From: Candidatus Woesearchaeota archaeon
GTDB taxonomy: Archaea > Nanobdellota > Nanobdellia > Woesearchaeales > JAHWIC01
Direction: 5' to 3'
DNA length: 64,000 nt
NCBI GenBank assembly: GCA_019322805.1
Contig: JAHWIC010000003.1
Coordinates: forward strand, 964-64,963
Every line of letters begins with the position of its first letter. Positions within the stretch are counted from its first letter, which is position 1. Shown one piece after another: positions 16,637-26,241 of this stretch. A program made the translations under genes and the position numbers. The notes below the pieces were generated by a model. The model saw only the letters and a list, made by a program, of their open reading frames with translations. It was not told where the DNA came from and did no database searches.

Positions 16637-17671
16637 TTGGTAACTCTTACACAAGTAGTAACTAGCGAATTCCTGGATCGTGCAACACGTTCCTATAGAA
16701 TAGGCCCTTATATTCTTCATAGATGCATTGCTTATGGGGGCCATAGTGTAGTCTATGAAGTAACCCATCCAGATAAACAAGGACCACTAGCACTAAAATT
16801 AGCGGGTGTGGGGAAATCCATTACATCAGTAAAGCCTGAGGACCCAAGCAAAGGTTCTGATAAAGAATCTACATGGATTGCTACTGTAGAAAAACCAAAA
16901 CGCACGTATACTCGTGATGATATTCCTACTGTAACTGATAAAAAGGAAAAGGCCCGTGTAGAAATGATGATGAATGAACGCAGGATTCTGGGAATCCTGG
17001 GTGAGCATGAGAACATAGCAAGTCTTGAAGGTCAAGGAGAATATATATTAAATATCAAAACAAGAAAAGGAGAAGAAAAAGCTTTCTTGATGTATGCTGT
17101 TTACCCACGTGTTAAGGCAATCCAAACAGAACGTCTTGAGTCAGGTGCATTAAGCATAGAAGAAGTCTTAGAGATTATGCTAGGTGTTGCAAATGCAGGC
17201 GCGTATTGCCATGAACATGAAGTAATACACTGCGATATCAAGCCTGCCAATATTCTTGTTGACAGGCGTACTTATAAACCAAAGCTTACAGATTTTGGGA
17301 TAGCGCTTTATGTTCCTGATGGAAAACTACAAGGAATGTTGGGAAGTCCAGTTTATATGAGTCCAGAACATGTTATTGGTGCAGTGGAGTATAAATCTGA
17401 TGTGTTTTCGCTAGGCTCTACTTCATTCCATTTGTTAACAGGCATTCAGCCTATAGATAGTGATGAAGCGGATACCAACAAAGCAACGTTTGATATAGCT
17501 TTAAAGATAGCTCATGGAGAGATGGATGCATATAACATTCCTATCAGATCTGTTAGACCTGAGGCTCCTAAGAGACTTGTGAAATTAATTAATGGAATGA
17601 TGGCTAAGAAAATCCAGGACAGACCTGGTATGAAAGAAGTAGCAAGTGAGGTTGCTGCAACAAAGGGTTAA
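16637..17671 (+). CDS. Ser/Thr protein kinase
   Basis: HCDIKPANILV, DFGIA and SPEH motifs. TTG start as given in the ORF track. Confidence 0.85.
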   Translation: MVTLTQVVTSEFLDRATRSYRIGPYILHRCIAYGGHSVVYEVTHPDKQGPLALKLAGVGKSITSVKPEDPSKGSDKESTWIATVEKPKRTYTRDDIPTVTDKKEKARVEMMMNERRILGILGEHENIASLEGQGEYILNIKTRKGEEKAFLMYAVYPRVKAIQTERLESGALSIEEVLEIMLGVANAGAYCHEHEVIHCDIKPANILVDRRTYKPKLTDFGIALYVPDGKLQGMLGSPVYMSPEHVIGAVEYKSDVFSLGSTSFHLLTGIQPIDSDEADTNKATFDIALKIAHGEMDAYNIPIRSVRPEAPKRLVKLINGMMAKKIQDRPGMKEVASEVAATKG

Positions 17672-18653
17672 TAGTAACAGAAAAAATTATATACTTTCAT
17701 TTCTATTATCCATTAAAACGAAAAAAACAATCTTTTTTAGGGGAGTGGTCTGGTTAATCAGCTTGTTTTTGCTAGCTTCTTTTGTTTCTGCCAGGCCTTA
17801 TGATTCCTATACAGCTGATTTTACAATAGTTGAAAGAAATGTTGTTGTGAACATAGTCCTTGATTTTCTGAACGAAGAAACAGGTGTTTTTTATTTCTCA
17901 TTGCCAGAAGATGCCAGAACAATAGACCTTTATATTGATAATTCTGCAGCAGAGCCTGTTATAGAAGAAGGCAGGTTAAAGATAGAGCTTAGATCATCAA
18001 AGAGGGTAAGAATAAGTTATGTTACAGGTGACTTTCTGGATAAAAATAACTTTTTAGTAAACCTCAAAGCACCAGATGATATCAATAACCTTACACTTCA
18101 GGTAAGCCTTCCTGAGAAAGCAGTACTCAGGAAACAGATAATAGAAGGAGATATTACATCTGGCTCAATTCATCCAAATCCAGAGCTAGCATTAACTGAT
18201 GGAAGAAGCATGATATTTATTTGGAAAAGGAATGATTTAAGCAAGGATGATGAGCTTTCAGTATTTGTGCAGTACAAGCCAGGAGGACCTTCTATATGGC
18301 CCATATTCTGGGTTCTGCTGATAGCAGCTATGCTTGCCTATTTAGGATATAATTATATGAAAGAATGGCGCTATAAGGGGCTGATAAAAAGGCCAAAAAA
18401 AGAGGCAAAAGTGCCTCAACCTCGCAAACCTAAAAAGGAATTAGGCATCTTAAAACATCTAAAGGAAGAAGAACAGCAGATAATAAGGGTTTTACAGCAA
18501 AAAGAAGGTAAATGTGAGCAAGGAACTCTACGAATTATTACTGATTTTTCAAAAGCACACCTTTCTAGACTTCTTATGGAATTAGAAGCTAGAAAAATCA
18601 TCCATAAAGAGAAAAAAGGCAAAAAAAACATTGTTTACTTAAAAAAAGGCTAG
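17646..18653 (+). CDS. Membrane-anchored winged-helix (wHTH) protein
   Basis: N-terminal signal/anchor, an extracytoplasmic domain, one TM helix (IWPIFWVLLIAAMLAYLGY), and a C-terminal wHTH-like segment (QGTLRIITDFSKAHLSRLLMELEARKIIHKEKKGKKNIV). The start (GTG at 17646) is uncertain. Confidence 0.6.
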   Translation: MRLLQQRVNSNRKNYILSFLLSIKTKKTIFFRGVVWLISLFLLASFVSARPYDSYTADFTIVERNVVVNIVLDFLNEETGVFYFSLPEDARTIDLYIDNSAAEPVIEEGRLKIELRSSKRVRISYVTGDFLDKNNFLVNLKAPDDINNLTLQVSLPEKAVLRKQIIEGDITSGSIHPNPELALTDGRSMIFIWKRNDLSKDDELSVFVQYKPGGPSIWPIFWVLLIAAMLAYLGYNYMKEWRYKGLIKRPKKEAKVPQPRKPKKELGILKHLKEEEQQIIRVLQQKEGKCEQGTLRIITDFSKAHLSRLLMELEARKIIHKEKKGKKNIVYLKKG

Positions 18654-18760
18654 TGGAACATATTGGAACAATTAGAGCTTATTCTGGGCTTTTTGGAACC
18701 ATTTAAAGCCACTGTTTCATGAACAGAATATAAGTAGAATGCCGCTATATAATTCATTAT

Positions 18761-19921
18761 ATGGCAGGACCTAAATATAGAGGGATGGACTACCTAAGAC
18801 CTGAAATTGAGAGTGCTTTTGACGCTACTTTAGCAAAGGCAATACAAACAGAAGACCCAAGCAAATATAGGCCTACTCCCTTAAATAAAGACAGGCCTTT
18901 TCTTTTTGAATTTAATGGAAGCCTTTCTCTTGATATGGTTATAAGGGATACGCTAACAAAGATTAAAGGGGCTCTTTCTAAAGGTCAGGCTAATGGTTTG
19001 GAGGATATCCCTGAATCACTTAAAAAGCAGATTAGTGATGCAGGAGATATTGGAAATAAGGATCTTCTTAGATTAGTCATAGAAGGGTATAGGTGCAGGG
19101 TGCATTATGAGGTTCCTGTAGGGTATTCTACTAGGGGAGAAGAGCTCTTGTTGGAAGTGCCTCTACAACCCCATATACAACAGCTCTGCGAAATACAGAG
19201 AGATGGTGAGGAAGGCAAATTGGATGCAGTGCCTTATGAAGTAGCAAATGATGGGAGAAATGGCTCTGAATATCCTATTGGAAGGTTTTTAGGGCTGAAC
19301 ATAGGTAGAGGCTCATCTAAAACACTTAGTAAACTTTGTGAGTGGTTTGGATTAGAACCAAATAAAGCACAAAATAATTTAGTTTATCAATTTGTGGTTT
19401 ACGTTAGGATAGGAGAGTATGCAAAAGATTCCAAGAGGCCTGATGATCCAGCTAGAACAAGGATCATATTAGGAACTGAACATAGTAGTTATAGTGCAGG
19501 CAATGGCGATAAACCGCTGAATCTTGCGGATATCAAGCAAGATGAGGATTGGGATCTTGGCAAAAGTCTGCTAGAAGATACGCAACGTATTACAAATCCA
19601 ACAGCAAGTGAGACGCCTACACCCCCTGCAAATCCAACAGCTAATGGAGCCGCAACTGTGGATCCAGGAGCAGAAACAAACTATGCTGCTTCGCCTGCCA
19701 CAAAACCTACATCAACTAGAAGGCATGACAGCACTAGGACAACAAGATTTGAATTAAACCCTGATAGTTCAAAAACACCCCCCTCAACAAGAAAGCCGTC
19801 CAGCACCAGGATAACAAGAAGATTCGAAAGAACTCCAGATGATAAGCCAAGAACATCCACAGAAATCAAGATTCCTAAAGGAAAAACATCAAGGTGGGAA
19901 AGTTTCCAATTAGGTACATAA
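18761..19921 (+). CDS. Hypothetical protein with P/T/S/R-rich repetitive C-terminus
   Basis: 386-aa ORF. The C-terminal region contains two STR...STR.TR.FE repeats. No motif recognised. Confidence 0.55.
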   Translation: MAGPKYRGMDYLRPEIESAFDATLAKAIQTEDPSKYRPTPLNKDRPFLFEFNGSLSLDMVIRDTLTKIKGALSKGQANGLEDIPESLKKQISDAGDIGNKDLLRLVIEGYRCRVHYEVPVGYSTRGEELLLEVPLQPHIQQLCEIQRDGEEGKLDAVPYEVANDGRNGSEYPIGRFLGLNIGRGSSKTLSKLCEWFGLEPNKAQNNLVYQFVVYVRIGEYAKDSKRPDDPARTRIILGTEHSSYSAGNGDKPLNLADIKQDEDWDLGKSLLEDTQRITNPTASETPTPPANPTANGAATVDPGAETNYAASPATKPTSTRRHDSTRTTRFELNPDSSKTPPSTRKPSSTRITRRFERTPDDKPRTSTEIKIPKGKTSRWESFQLGT

Positions 19922-20111
19922 TAAAAAATGCAAAACACAATAATCATTTATGAGCCAATTGAATCGCAGGATAATTTTTCAATTGATAATTTAGACTTAT
20001 ACAAAAAGTTGGGGGGTGATGCTACGGTAAAGAACCTTGAGTTTTATGTTAGTTTTTATGAGGATTTTGGATAAATTATAAGTATAGAAAACCCAACAGG
20101 AGGTGGGAAAC

Positions 20112-21092
20112 ATGAAAAAAACAATAGCATTGGTCTTGGCAATGCTGATGGTATTCTCAGTAGTGCCGCTGGCATTTGCACAAGAAGAGCCAGGAACAGG
20201 AGATCCGCCTGAGTGTGTTGCAGATGAAGACTGTGAAGAAGGCGAAGTATGCACAGATGGTGAATGCGAAGCAGCAGAACCACCACCAGAGTGTGTTGCA
20301 GATGAAGACTGTGAAGAAGGCGAAGTATGCACAGATGGTGAATGCGAAGCAGCAGTACCACCACCACCAGAAGACCCAGGAGTTACACCAGACAGTCCTT
20401 TGTATGGACTTGACAGAGCAATAGAAAGAGTAGAGTTGGCTTTAACCCTAGGTAAGTCAGCTAAGGCAAAGAAAGGACTTGCACATGCAAGAGAGAGGCT
20501 AATGGAAGTCCAGGCAATGATTGCTGCAAAGAAAATGGGTGCAGCTGCAAGAGCACAGGGAGAGCACGACGACATAATGGACGATGTCGAGGACGCTATA
20601 GATGACCTTGGTGATGGAGACGCTGGAGATGAGTTTAGCGACGAAATTGAGATAGAGCAGGCACTTAACCAGCACAGAATGCTTGTACAGCAACTAAACA
20701 ATGTTAAGGTAATGGCTAAGGGCTTGACAGCTGAGCAGCAGGCACAGCTTGATGCAGTAGTTGCTTCACTAGAAGGAGCAACAGAGAGCGCTAAGGTAAA
20801 GGTTCAGGTTAAGAAGGACAGGACAAAGATAAAGATAAAGGCTGCAGCAGGCTTAACTGATGAAGAGTTAGCTTCATTGGAAGAGCAGGCACAGGCAATT
20901 GCAGGCCAGGGAAAGGAAGTAAAGATAAACCTTAAGCCAAAGAAAGGCAGAGGAACGCCTGGTGCTGAAGAGCCTGAAGAACCGGCTGAAGGCGAAGAGC
21001 CTGAAGAGCCTGAGGAAGGAGAAGAAGGTGCAGGTGCAGCTTCTGCAGCAGCAAAAGGCAAAGACAAAAGCTCAAAAGGAAAGAATAAATAA
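20112..21092 (+). CDS. Secreted protein with duplicated Cys-rich module and DUF5667-like helical region
   Basis: The ATG at 20112 is preceded by CAGGAGGTGGG. Signal peptide MKKTIALVLAMLMVFSVVPLAFA. Two copies of ECVADEDCEEGEVCTDGECEAA. PDSPLYGLDRAIERVELAL is DUF5667-like. Confidence 0.65.
   Translation: MKKTIALVLAMLMVFSVVPLAFAQEEPGTGDPPECVADEDCEEGEVCTDGECEAAEPPPECVADEDCEEGEVCTDGECEAAVPPPPEDPGVTPDSPLYGLDRAIERVELALTLGKSAKAKKGLAHARERLMEVQAMIAAKKMGAAARAQGEHDDIMDDVEDAIDDLGDGDAGDEFSDEIEIEQALNQHRMLVQQLNNVKVMAKGLTAEQQAQLDAVVASLEGATESAKVKVQVKKDRTKIKIKAAAGLTDEELASLEEQAQAIAGQGKEVKINLKPKKGRGTPGAEEPEEPAEGEEPEEPEEGEEGAGAASAAAKGKDKSSKGKNK
20211..20355 (+). repeat. In-frame 78-bp tandem duplication (67 nt identical per copy)
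   Basis: GAGTGTGTTGCAGATGAAGACTGTGAAGAAGGCGAAGTATGCACAGATGGTGAATGCGAAGCAGCAG occurs at 20211-20277 and again at 20289-20355. Confidence 0.9.
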
Positions 21093-21110
21093 ATAGTTTT
21101 TTTATTTTTT

Positions 21111-21806
21111 TTATTTTACTTGCAGAGTTCTCTTACTATACACCCTTCCAGTCATCCATCTTACTCCAAGGTATACGAAAGGGGTATCGAACAAAGCTAC
21201 GAGCATCTTTAAGGTCCAATAAGGCATTATCAAAACAAACATATAGCCTACAGTGAACTTTGGAGATGTGTTTAGTGTTGCAGGAACCCATGAGAATGGC
21301 AGATAGTACAACGCAATGAACATGAATATGACTGTATCAATAAACTGGCTTACTATTGTAGAAGCATTATTTCTCAACCACAGGAATCTGCCTTTTGTCT
21401 TCTTTTTCCAGAAATTAAATGCCCAGATATCATGGAACTGGCTCAATAAGAATGCTGTGATGCTTGCTATGAAGAATCTTATGCTGATTCCAAATACTCT
21501 GCCATACTGCTCAGCCTGCACATAGCTTCTTTCCGCATACGGGAGGATTACAGACAGAGCAGTCATCAGCAAAACAACAACCATACAGATGAATCCGACC
21601 CAAACAAATTCCTTTGTTTTTGTTCTTCCATGAACTTCTTCAATAACATCTGTAATCATGAATGTTATTGGATAAGCAAATATTCCAACAGAGAAATTGA
21701 TGATGCTTAACTGGGCTATCTTTGAGCCAATCAGGTTAGCTGCTACAAGGCAGGCTACAAACAACCCTAAGAACAGGTTTGTTTTGGTCTTTAGCTTCCA
21801 TTCCAT
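21111..21806 (-). CDS. VUT/YhhQ-family (queuosine precursor) transporter
   Basis: AYPITFMITDVIEEVHGR, LWLRNNASTIVSQFIDTVIF and LFDTPFVY resemble YhhQ/DUF165. Confidence 0.75.
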   Translation of the reverse strand: MEWKLKTKTNLFLGLFVACLVAANLIGSKIAQLSIINFSVGIFAYPITFMITDVIEEVHGRTKTKEFVWVGFICMVVVLLMTALSVILPYAERSYVQAEQYGRVFGISIRFFIASITAFLLSQFHDIWAFNFWKKKTKGRFLWLRNNASTIVSQFIDTVIFMFIALYYLPFSWVPATLNTSPKFTVGYMFVLIMPYWTLKMLVALFDTPFVYLGVRWMTGRVYSKRTLQVK

Positions 21807-21910
21807 TGTATCACCTTGGCAGTAGAAAAAGAAGGTTATTTTTAAGTCTTTGCTCTAAACCATTACCTTTAAATAATATTCGTAATTGGCAATAGCAACG
21901 AGGGGTAAGA

Positions 21911-22696
21911 ATGGAATTAGATGAAGCAAAGATTTCAAAAGCAATTATAGATAGCTATCATAAAAAACTTACAAAAATCCTAGATGCAGATGTAGCAATT
22001 GCAGGAGCAGGTCCTGCTGGCCTGACAGCAGCCTATTATCTTGCTAAGAAAGGAATAAAGGTAGTTGTTTTCGAGAAGAAGCTGTCCCCTGGAGGAGGGA
22101 TGTGGGGCGGCGGAATGCTGTTTAATGAGATTGTTGTGCAGGAAGACGGCAAAAAGATGCTGGACGAGTTTGGAATAAAATATGAAAAATATTCTGAACA
22201 TTACTATACTGCAGATTCAGTAGAAACAATATCAACAATCTGCTCAAAAGCTGTGAAAGCAGGAGCTTTGCTCTTTAATTGCATCTCTGTAGAGGATGTG
22301 ATCTTAAAGCAGGGCAAGATTCATGGCTTAGTTATTAACTGGACACCAGTTGATATGGCTAAGCTGCATGTAGACCCGCTTGCAATTAAAAGCAAATATG
22401 TTATAGAAGCAACAGGGCATCCTTTGGAGGTTCTTACAGTGATAGAGAAGAAGTGCGGCGGAAAGATGTTTACTGAAACCGGTAAGATAATCTGGGAGAA
22501 ATCAATGGACGCTACTCAGGGTGAGAAAGACTGCGTTGAGTATACTAAAGAGGTTTTTCCTAATGTTTTTGTCGCAGGGATGGCAGCAAATGCAGCTTTT
22601 GGAAGGCCAAGGATGGGTCCTATTTTTGGCGGAATGCTGCTTTCCGGGAAAAAGGTTGCTGAAATGTTGATAGAAAGATTGAAGGGAAAGGAATAA
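21911..22696 (+). CDS. thi4: Thiazole synthase Thi4 (archaeal/eukaryal type)
   Basis: [22 protein letters not shown] ... [17 protein letters not shown] is present at the position of the yeast active-site Cys region. Confidence 0.9.
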   Translation: MELDEAKISKAIIDSYHKKLTKILDADVAIAGAGPAGLTAAYYLAKKGIKVVVFEKKLSPGGGMWGGGMLFNEIVVQEDGKKMLDEFGIKYEKYSEHYYTADSVETISTICSKAVKAGALLFNCISVEDVILKQGKIHGLVINWTPVDMAKLHVDPLAIKSKYVIEATGHPLEVLTVIEKKCGGKMFTETGKIIWEKSMDATQGEKDCVEYTKEVFPNVFVAGMAANAAFGRPRMGPIFGGMLLSGKKVAEMLIERLKGKE

Positions 22697-23080
22697 TCAA
22701 TTCAAAAATTCAATAAAAAAATCATCATTAGGAGAATAATCAATAGAAGAAAAATAAACGGAAATCAGGATTTCCTAGTTGCGCTCGCTTCGCTCGGCAA
22801 CAATCTGATTTTTGCTTTCTTCTCTTCGTTAAGGCAAAAATCGTCTTAAGTGGTTCTTTAAGAAACAGAATAAGACGAAAATTCCTTTATCGCGATGAAG
22901 AAAGGAATTTTCAGATTGTGTATAAATTATGAAATAATTTACTACACTAGAAAAATGTGTTAGCATTTTTCGTTGATTAATTGTTATTAAATAAAACTAA
23001 AGGGCATCAACCGAAACAAACGCACAACTGATTGTGATGGATGAAATTTAACCTAATGATAAATTAAATTGATAGTTAAA
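22695..23080 (+). repeat. R-element copy R3 (long form; core 22804-22915)
   Basis: The same module order as R2, plus three additions: a 5' hairpin module GGAAATC/GATTTCC, an extra hairpin GAAAAATG/CATTTTTC, and a right-hand module ending at the thiE ATG. Confidence 0.9.
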
Positions 23081-23713
23081 ATGAAAAAAGAGAAACTGCA
23101 AGACATTGACCTTTATTTTATAACAGACAGCGAACTCACCAAGAAAACTGTTCTTGACGATGTTAAGGCAGCTATAGCTGGTGGAGTGAAGATAGTCCAA
23201 TACCGCGAGAAAGAGAAATCAACAAAAGAGATGATTGAGGAAGCGCAGAAAATCAAAGAGATTTGCGGCGATGATGTAATATTCCTGATTGATGACAGAG
23301 TCGATGTTGCACTTGCAGTTGGCGCTGATGGTGTTCATCTTGGCCCTGATGATATGCCTTATGGAGCTGCAAGGAAATTGCTTGGAGACGATAAGATAAT
23401 TGGTTTAACTGCTCGTGATGTCGAAGGAGCAGTTAAAGCAGAAAAACTGGGTGCAGATTATGTTGGTATTGGCCCGATATATGAAACAGCAACAAAGCTG
23501 AGTGCTGGAGAGCCTGTTGGTATAGAGATGATAGAAAAGGTTAAGAATGCAATAAGTATCCCTTTTGTAGCTATTGGCGGGATTAATTACAGGGACCTTG
23601 ATAGTGTGTTAGAGGCAGGAGCAACCAAGGTTGCTGCAATATCTGCAATTGTTGCAGCAGATGATGTTGAAAAAAAGGTTAAGAGGTTTATTGACAGATT
23701 ATCTTTCCACTAG
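23081..23713 (+). CDS. thiE: Thiamine-phosphate synthase
   Basis: LYFITD, VHLGPDD and IGPIYETATK motifs. The start is taken at the ATG at 23081. Confidence 0.9.
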   Translation: MKKEKLQDIDLYFITDSELTKKTVLDDVKAAIAGGVKIVQYREKEKSTKEMIEEAQKIKEICGDDVIFLIDDRVDVALAVGADGVHLGPDDMPYGAARKLLGDDKIIGLTARDVEGAVKAEKLGADYVGIGPIYETATKLSAGEPVGIEMIEKVKNAISIPFVAIGGINYRDLDSVLEAGATKVAAISAIVAADDVEKKVKRFIDRLSFH

Positions 23714-23791
23714 AATAAGGCCATATGAATCATGGAAAGACTAATCTGGAAAAAATACAAGCCTAAGCGAGGATTTTGACAAGATCAGAAA

Positions 23792-25057
23792 ATGACTACT
23801 CAATTACATAATGCTAAGGTCTCAGACGTGACTCCTGAGATGGAAGCAGTTGCGAAGGACGAAGCTATTCCTGTTAAAAAGCTGATGAAGAAGATAGAAT
23901 CCGGCTTAGTTGTAATTCCTGCAAACAAGCTTCACAAAAAACTAAAGCCGATTGGAATAGGTGACGGCTTAAGGACAAAGGTTAATGCAAATATCGGCTC
24001 TTCTCCGCAAAAAGCAGATGTTGAGTATGAGCTGAAAAAACTTGATATTGCAGTAAAAGCAGGAACTGATACAATTATGGATTTAAGCACAGGCGGCGAC
24101 ATAGATAAGATAAGGCAGGAGATAATAGCCCATTCAACAATCCCGGTTGGGACTGTTCCTATCTACCAGGCTGTTGTTAAAAAGGGAGATATTCTTGAGC
24201 TGACAGCGGATGACCTGCTCAGCGCTATAAGGAAACATGCCAAGGACGGTGTTGATTTTATTACAGTCCATTGCGGCTTGACAAGGGACGCACTGCCTTT
24301 GCTTAAGAAACGCCTGGCTGGTGTTGTGAGCAGGGGAGGGGCATTTCTGTTTAAATGGATGCTGCACAACAGGGCAGAGAATCCTTTGTATGAGAATTTT
24401 GATAAGATCCTTGACATCGCTGTTGATAATGATGTTACCCTTAGCTTAGGTGACGGCTTAAGGCCTGGCTGTTTGCATGATGCAACAGATAAAGCGCAGA
24501 TACATGAGTTGAAGGTTCTCGGCGAGTTGGCAAAAAAAGCTCATGAAAAAGATGTGCAGGTTATTATTGAAGGCCCTGGCCATGTTCCATTGGACCAGAT
24601 AGAGATGAATCTTAAACTGCAGAAGGAATGCTGCAATAATGCTCCTTTTTATGTTCTTGGCCCCTTGGTTACAGATGTTGCGCCTGGCTATGATCATATA
24701 ACAGCAGCTATTGGCGGCGCTTTAGCTGCTTACCATGGAGCTGCATTCCTTTGTTATGTAAGCCCCAAAGAGCATCTTGGCCTGCCAAATCCAGAGGATG
24801 TCAAGGAAGGTGTTATTGCCTCAAGGATAGCTGCGCATGCAGCAGATATTGCTAAAGGGGTTAAAGGCGCACGCTGGTGGGATGATGAGATTTCAGAAGC
24901 AAGGGCAAGGCTTGACTGGGATAAAGTATTAAAACTTTCAATTGACCCTGAGAAGGCAACAAAGATCAGGAAAGAGTGCAGCAATGTGGATGAAGAGGTC
25001 TGCTCAATGTGCGGGAAGTTCTGTTCTGTTAAGATAAGTAAAGAGATGAAAAAGTAA
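23792..25057 (+). CDS. thiC: Phosphomethylpyrimidine synthase
   Basis: Long conserved ThiC core and the C-terminal radical-SAM-type cluster motif CSMCGKFCS. Confidence 0.95.
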   Translation: MTTQLHNAKVSDVTPEMEAVAKDEAIPVKKLMKKIESGLVVIPANKLHKKLKPIGIGDGLRTKVNANIGSSPQKADVEYELKKLDIAVKAGTDTIMDLSTGGDIDKIRQEIIAHSTIPVGTVPIYQAVVKKGDILELTADDLLSAIRKHAKDGVDFITVHCGLTRDALPLLKKRLAGVVSRGGAFLFKWMLHNRAENPLYENFDKILDIAVDNDVTLSLGDGLRPGCLHDATDKAQIHELKVLGELAKKAHEKDVQVIIEGPGHVPLDQIEMNLKLQKECCNNAPFYVLGPLVTDVAPGYDHITAAIGGALAAYHGAAFLCYVSPKEHLGLPNPEDVKEGVIASRIAAHAADIAKGVKGARWWDDEISEARARLDWDKVLKLSIDPEKATKIRKECSNVDEEVCSMCGKFCSVKISKEMKK

Positions 25058-25194
25058 GTTATTAGTTCTAAATTTTTTTGTTAATTGAGAGGAGTTTACT
25101 ACCATTTCCAAACTATAAAAAAGGGAAAAAGTTAAATAAAATATAACCAATGGTTAGTTAAAATGCCAGAAGTCATAGGATTTGGAGGGGAAAT

Positions 25195-26142
25195 ATGCAT
25201 TGCTTCGCGGCTTCGCGCGTGAATGGAGAAAACGATACTGGGACTGGCTACAGCCTCGATGCGGTTGCAGAACTCATACAATACGAGGCCTATCCTAATG
25301 ATAGCAGCAGGCTCAAAGCCGTCAACATTATGGGAGTATTTCTCGTGGGTTGCGAAGATGATGGAACATATATCGGAATTACACACACTGGGCAGCTAGC
25401 CAATGCCGAATCTGTCCCTCTGGGCACGGATGACTTCACAACAGAACCCCCAAGGCACTTATTCACGGGGCGTGGCACACTTGATCTTCTCATGAGAGAA
25501 TCACCTCTTTACTTTGCCGACGGTAGCCCGGAAGATGGTATTCTATACGCACCAGCTGGCGCCTTCTTGGCTACTAGAGATAAGGTCATCTCTACACGCT
25601 TTCGACCAGCGCATGTAGGCATCGAGCAGGAACCCGCAAGGCTACATGGTAAGGATATTCCCCCACTAAGATGGTCTGGCCTGGTGCCGCTGACCTCATA
25701 CCGCATGGGACCGTTCAAGAAGGGACACTACTATGCTGCTATCAGAGCGGAGCTGCCTGTGAGCAATATTATGGAGTGGTATAACATATCCAGGGAGCGG
25801 TTGTGGGTCGATAACCCCGAATCGCTTCCGAAGAGTTTGTGTGACGGGCTCTCATTGGAGAATAACCCTGAGGCCGGAGCATGGCGCCGATGGATTGGGG
25901 GATGGAAGCAACGGGCAGTGCCTGCGGAGAGCTATTTCATCTTCATGCTGCCGCGGGAGTGGAAGGAAGAAGCACCTACCAGTCATATTGTTGACTGCGG
26001 ACTGGTGCCCCATTGGGAGGAAAGTAGCAGGAAAGATCTGAATGCATACGTACGCTACAGGTCAAATAATTCTTTCAGACTCTTGGTAGACCCCCACGCA
26101 CGCTTTGAGGAAAGAAAGCTGCATTTCCGCCAATGTAATTGA
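25195..26142 (+). CDS. Hypothetical protein, compositionally foreign (GC-rich)
   Basis: 315-aa ORF. The ATG is preceded by GGAGGGG. Two 60-nt lines inside it count 52% and 57% G+C, against 30% and 42% in flanking lines. No motif recognised. Confidence 0.6.
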   Translation: MHCFAASRVNGENDTGTGYSLDAVAELIQYEAYPNDSSRLKAVNIMGVFLVGCEDDGTYIGITHTGQLANAESVPLGTDDFTTEPPRHLFTGRGTLDLLMRESPLYFADGSPEDGILYAPAGAFLATRDKVISTRFRPAHVGIEQEPARLHGKDIPPLRWSGLVPLTSYRMGPFKKGHYYAAIRAELPVSNIMEWYNISRERLWVDNPESLPKSLCDGLSLENNPEAGAWRRWIGGWKQRAVPAESYFIFMLPREWKEEAPTSHIVDCGLVPHWEESSRKDLNAYVRYRSNNSFRLLVDPHARFEERKLHFRQCN

Positions 26143-26241
26143 GATAGGAATCCCTACTGCTGAAGAAGCAAGATAAAAAAACACCTCTTTTTTCTTAAAA
26201 AACAAAAACTATTAAAATAGAGAAAATAAATTAAATCTAAG

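Noticed and set aside
19928-20074. 48-codon ORF (MQNTIIIYEPIESQDNF...) between 19921 and 20112
   Set aside because: It has no SD or TATA at the expected distance and no recognisable motif. It is left uncalled, but could be checked by conservation.
19997-20701. 234-aa minus-strand ORF, with nested 20056-20367 and 20176-20424 frames
   Set aside because: These are antisense or alternative frames of the secreted-protein gene. Their Ser/Ala/His-rich low-complexity translation is produced by the GAA/GAG/GCA-rich repeats. They have no signal sequence or start context.
22697-25194. TPP riboswitch upstream of thiE, thiC or thi4
   Set aside because: I looked for the conserved CUGAGA ... ACCUGAUCUGGAUAAUGCCAGCG-type core in the leaders (21807-21910, 22697-23080, 23714-23791) and did not see it. 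The thiE leader is instead an R-element copy.
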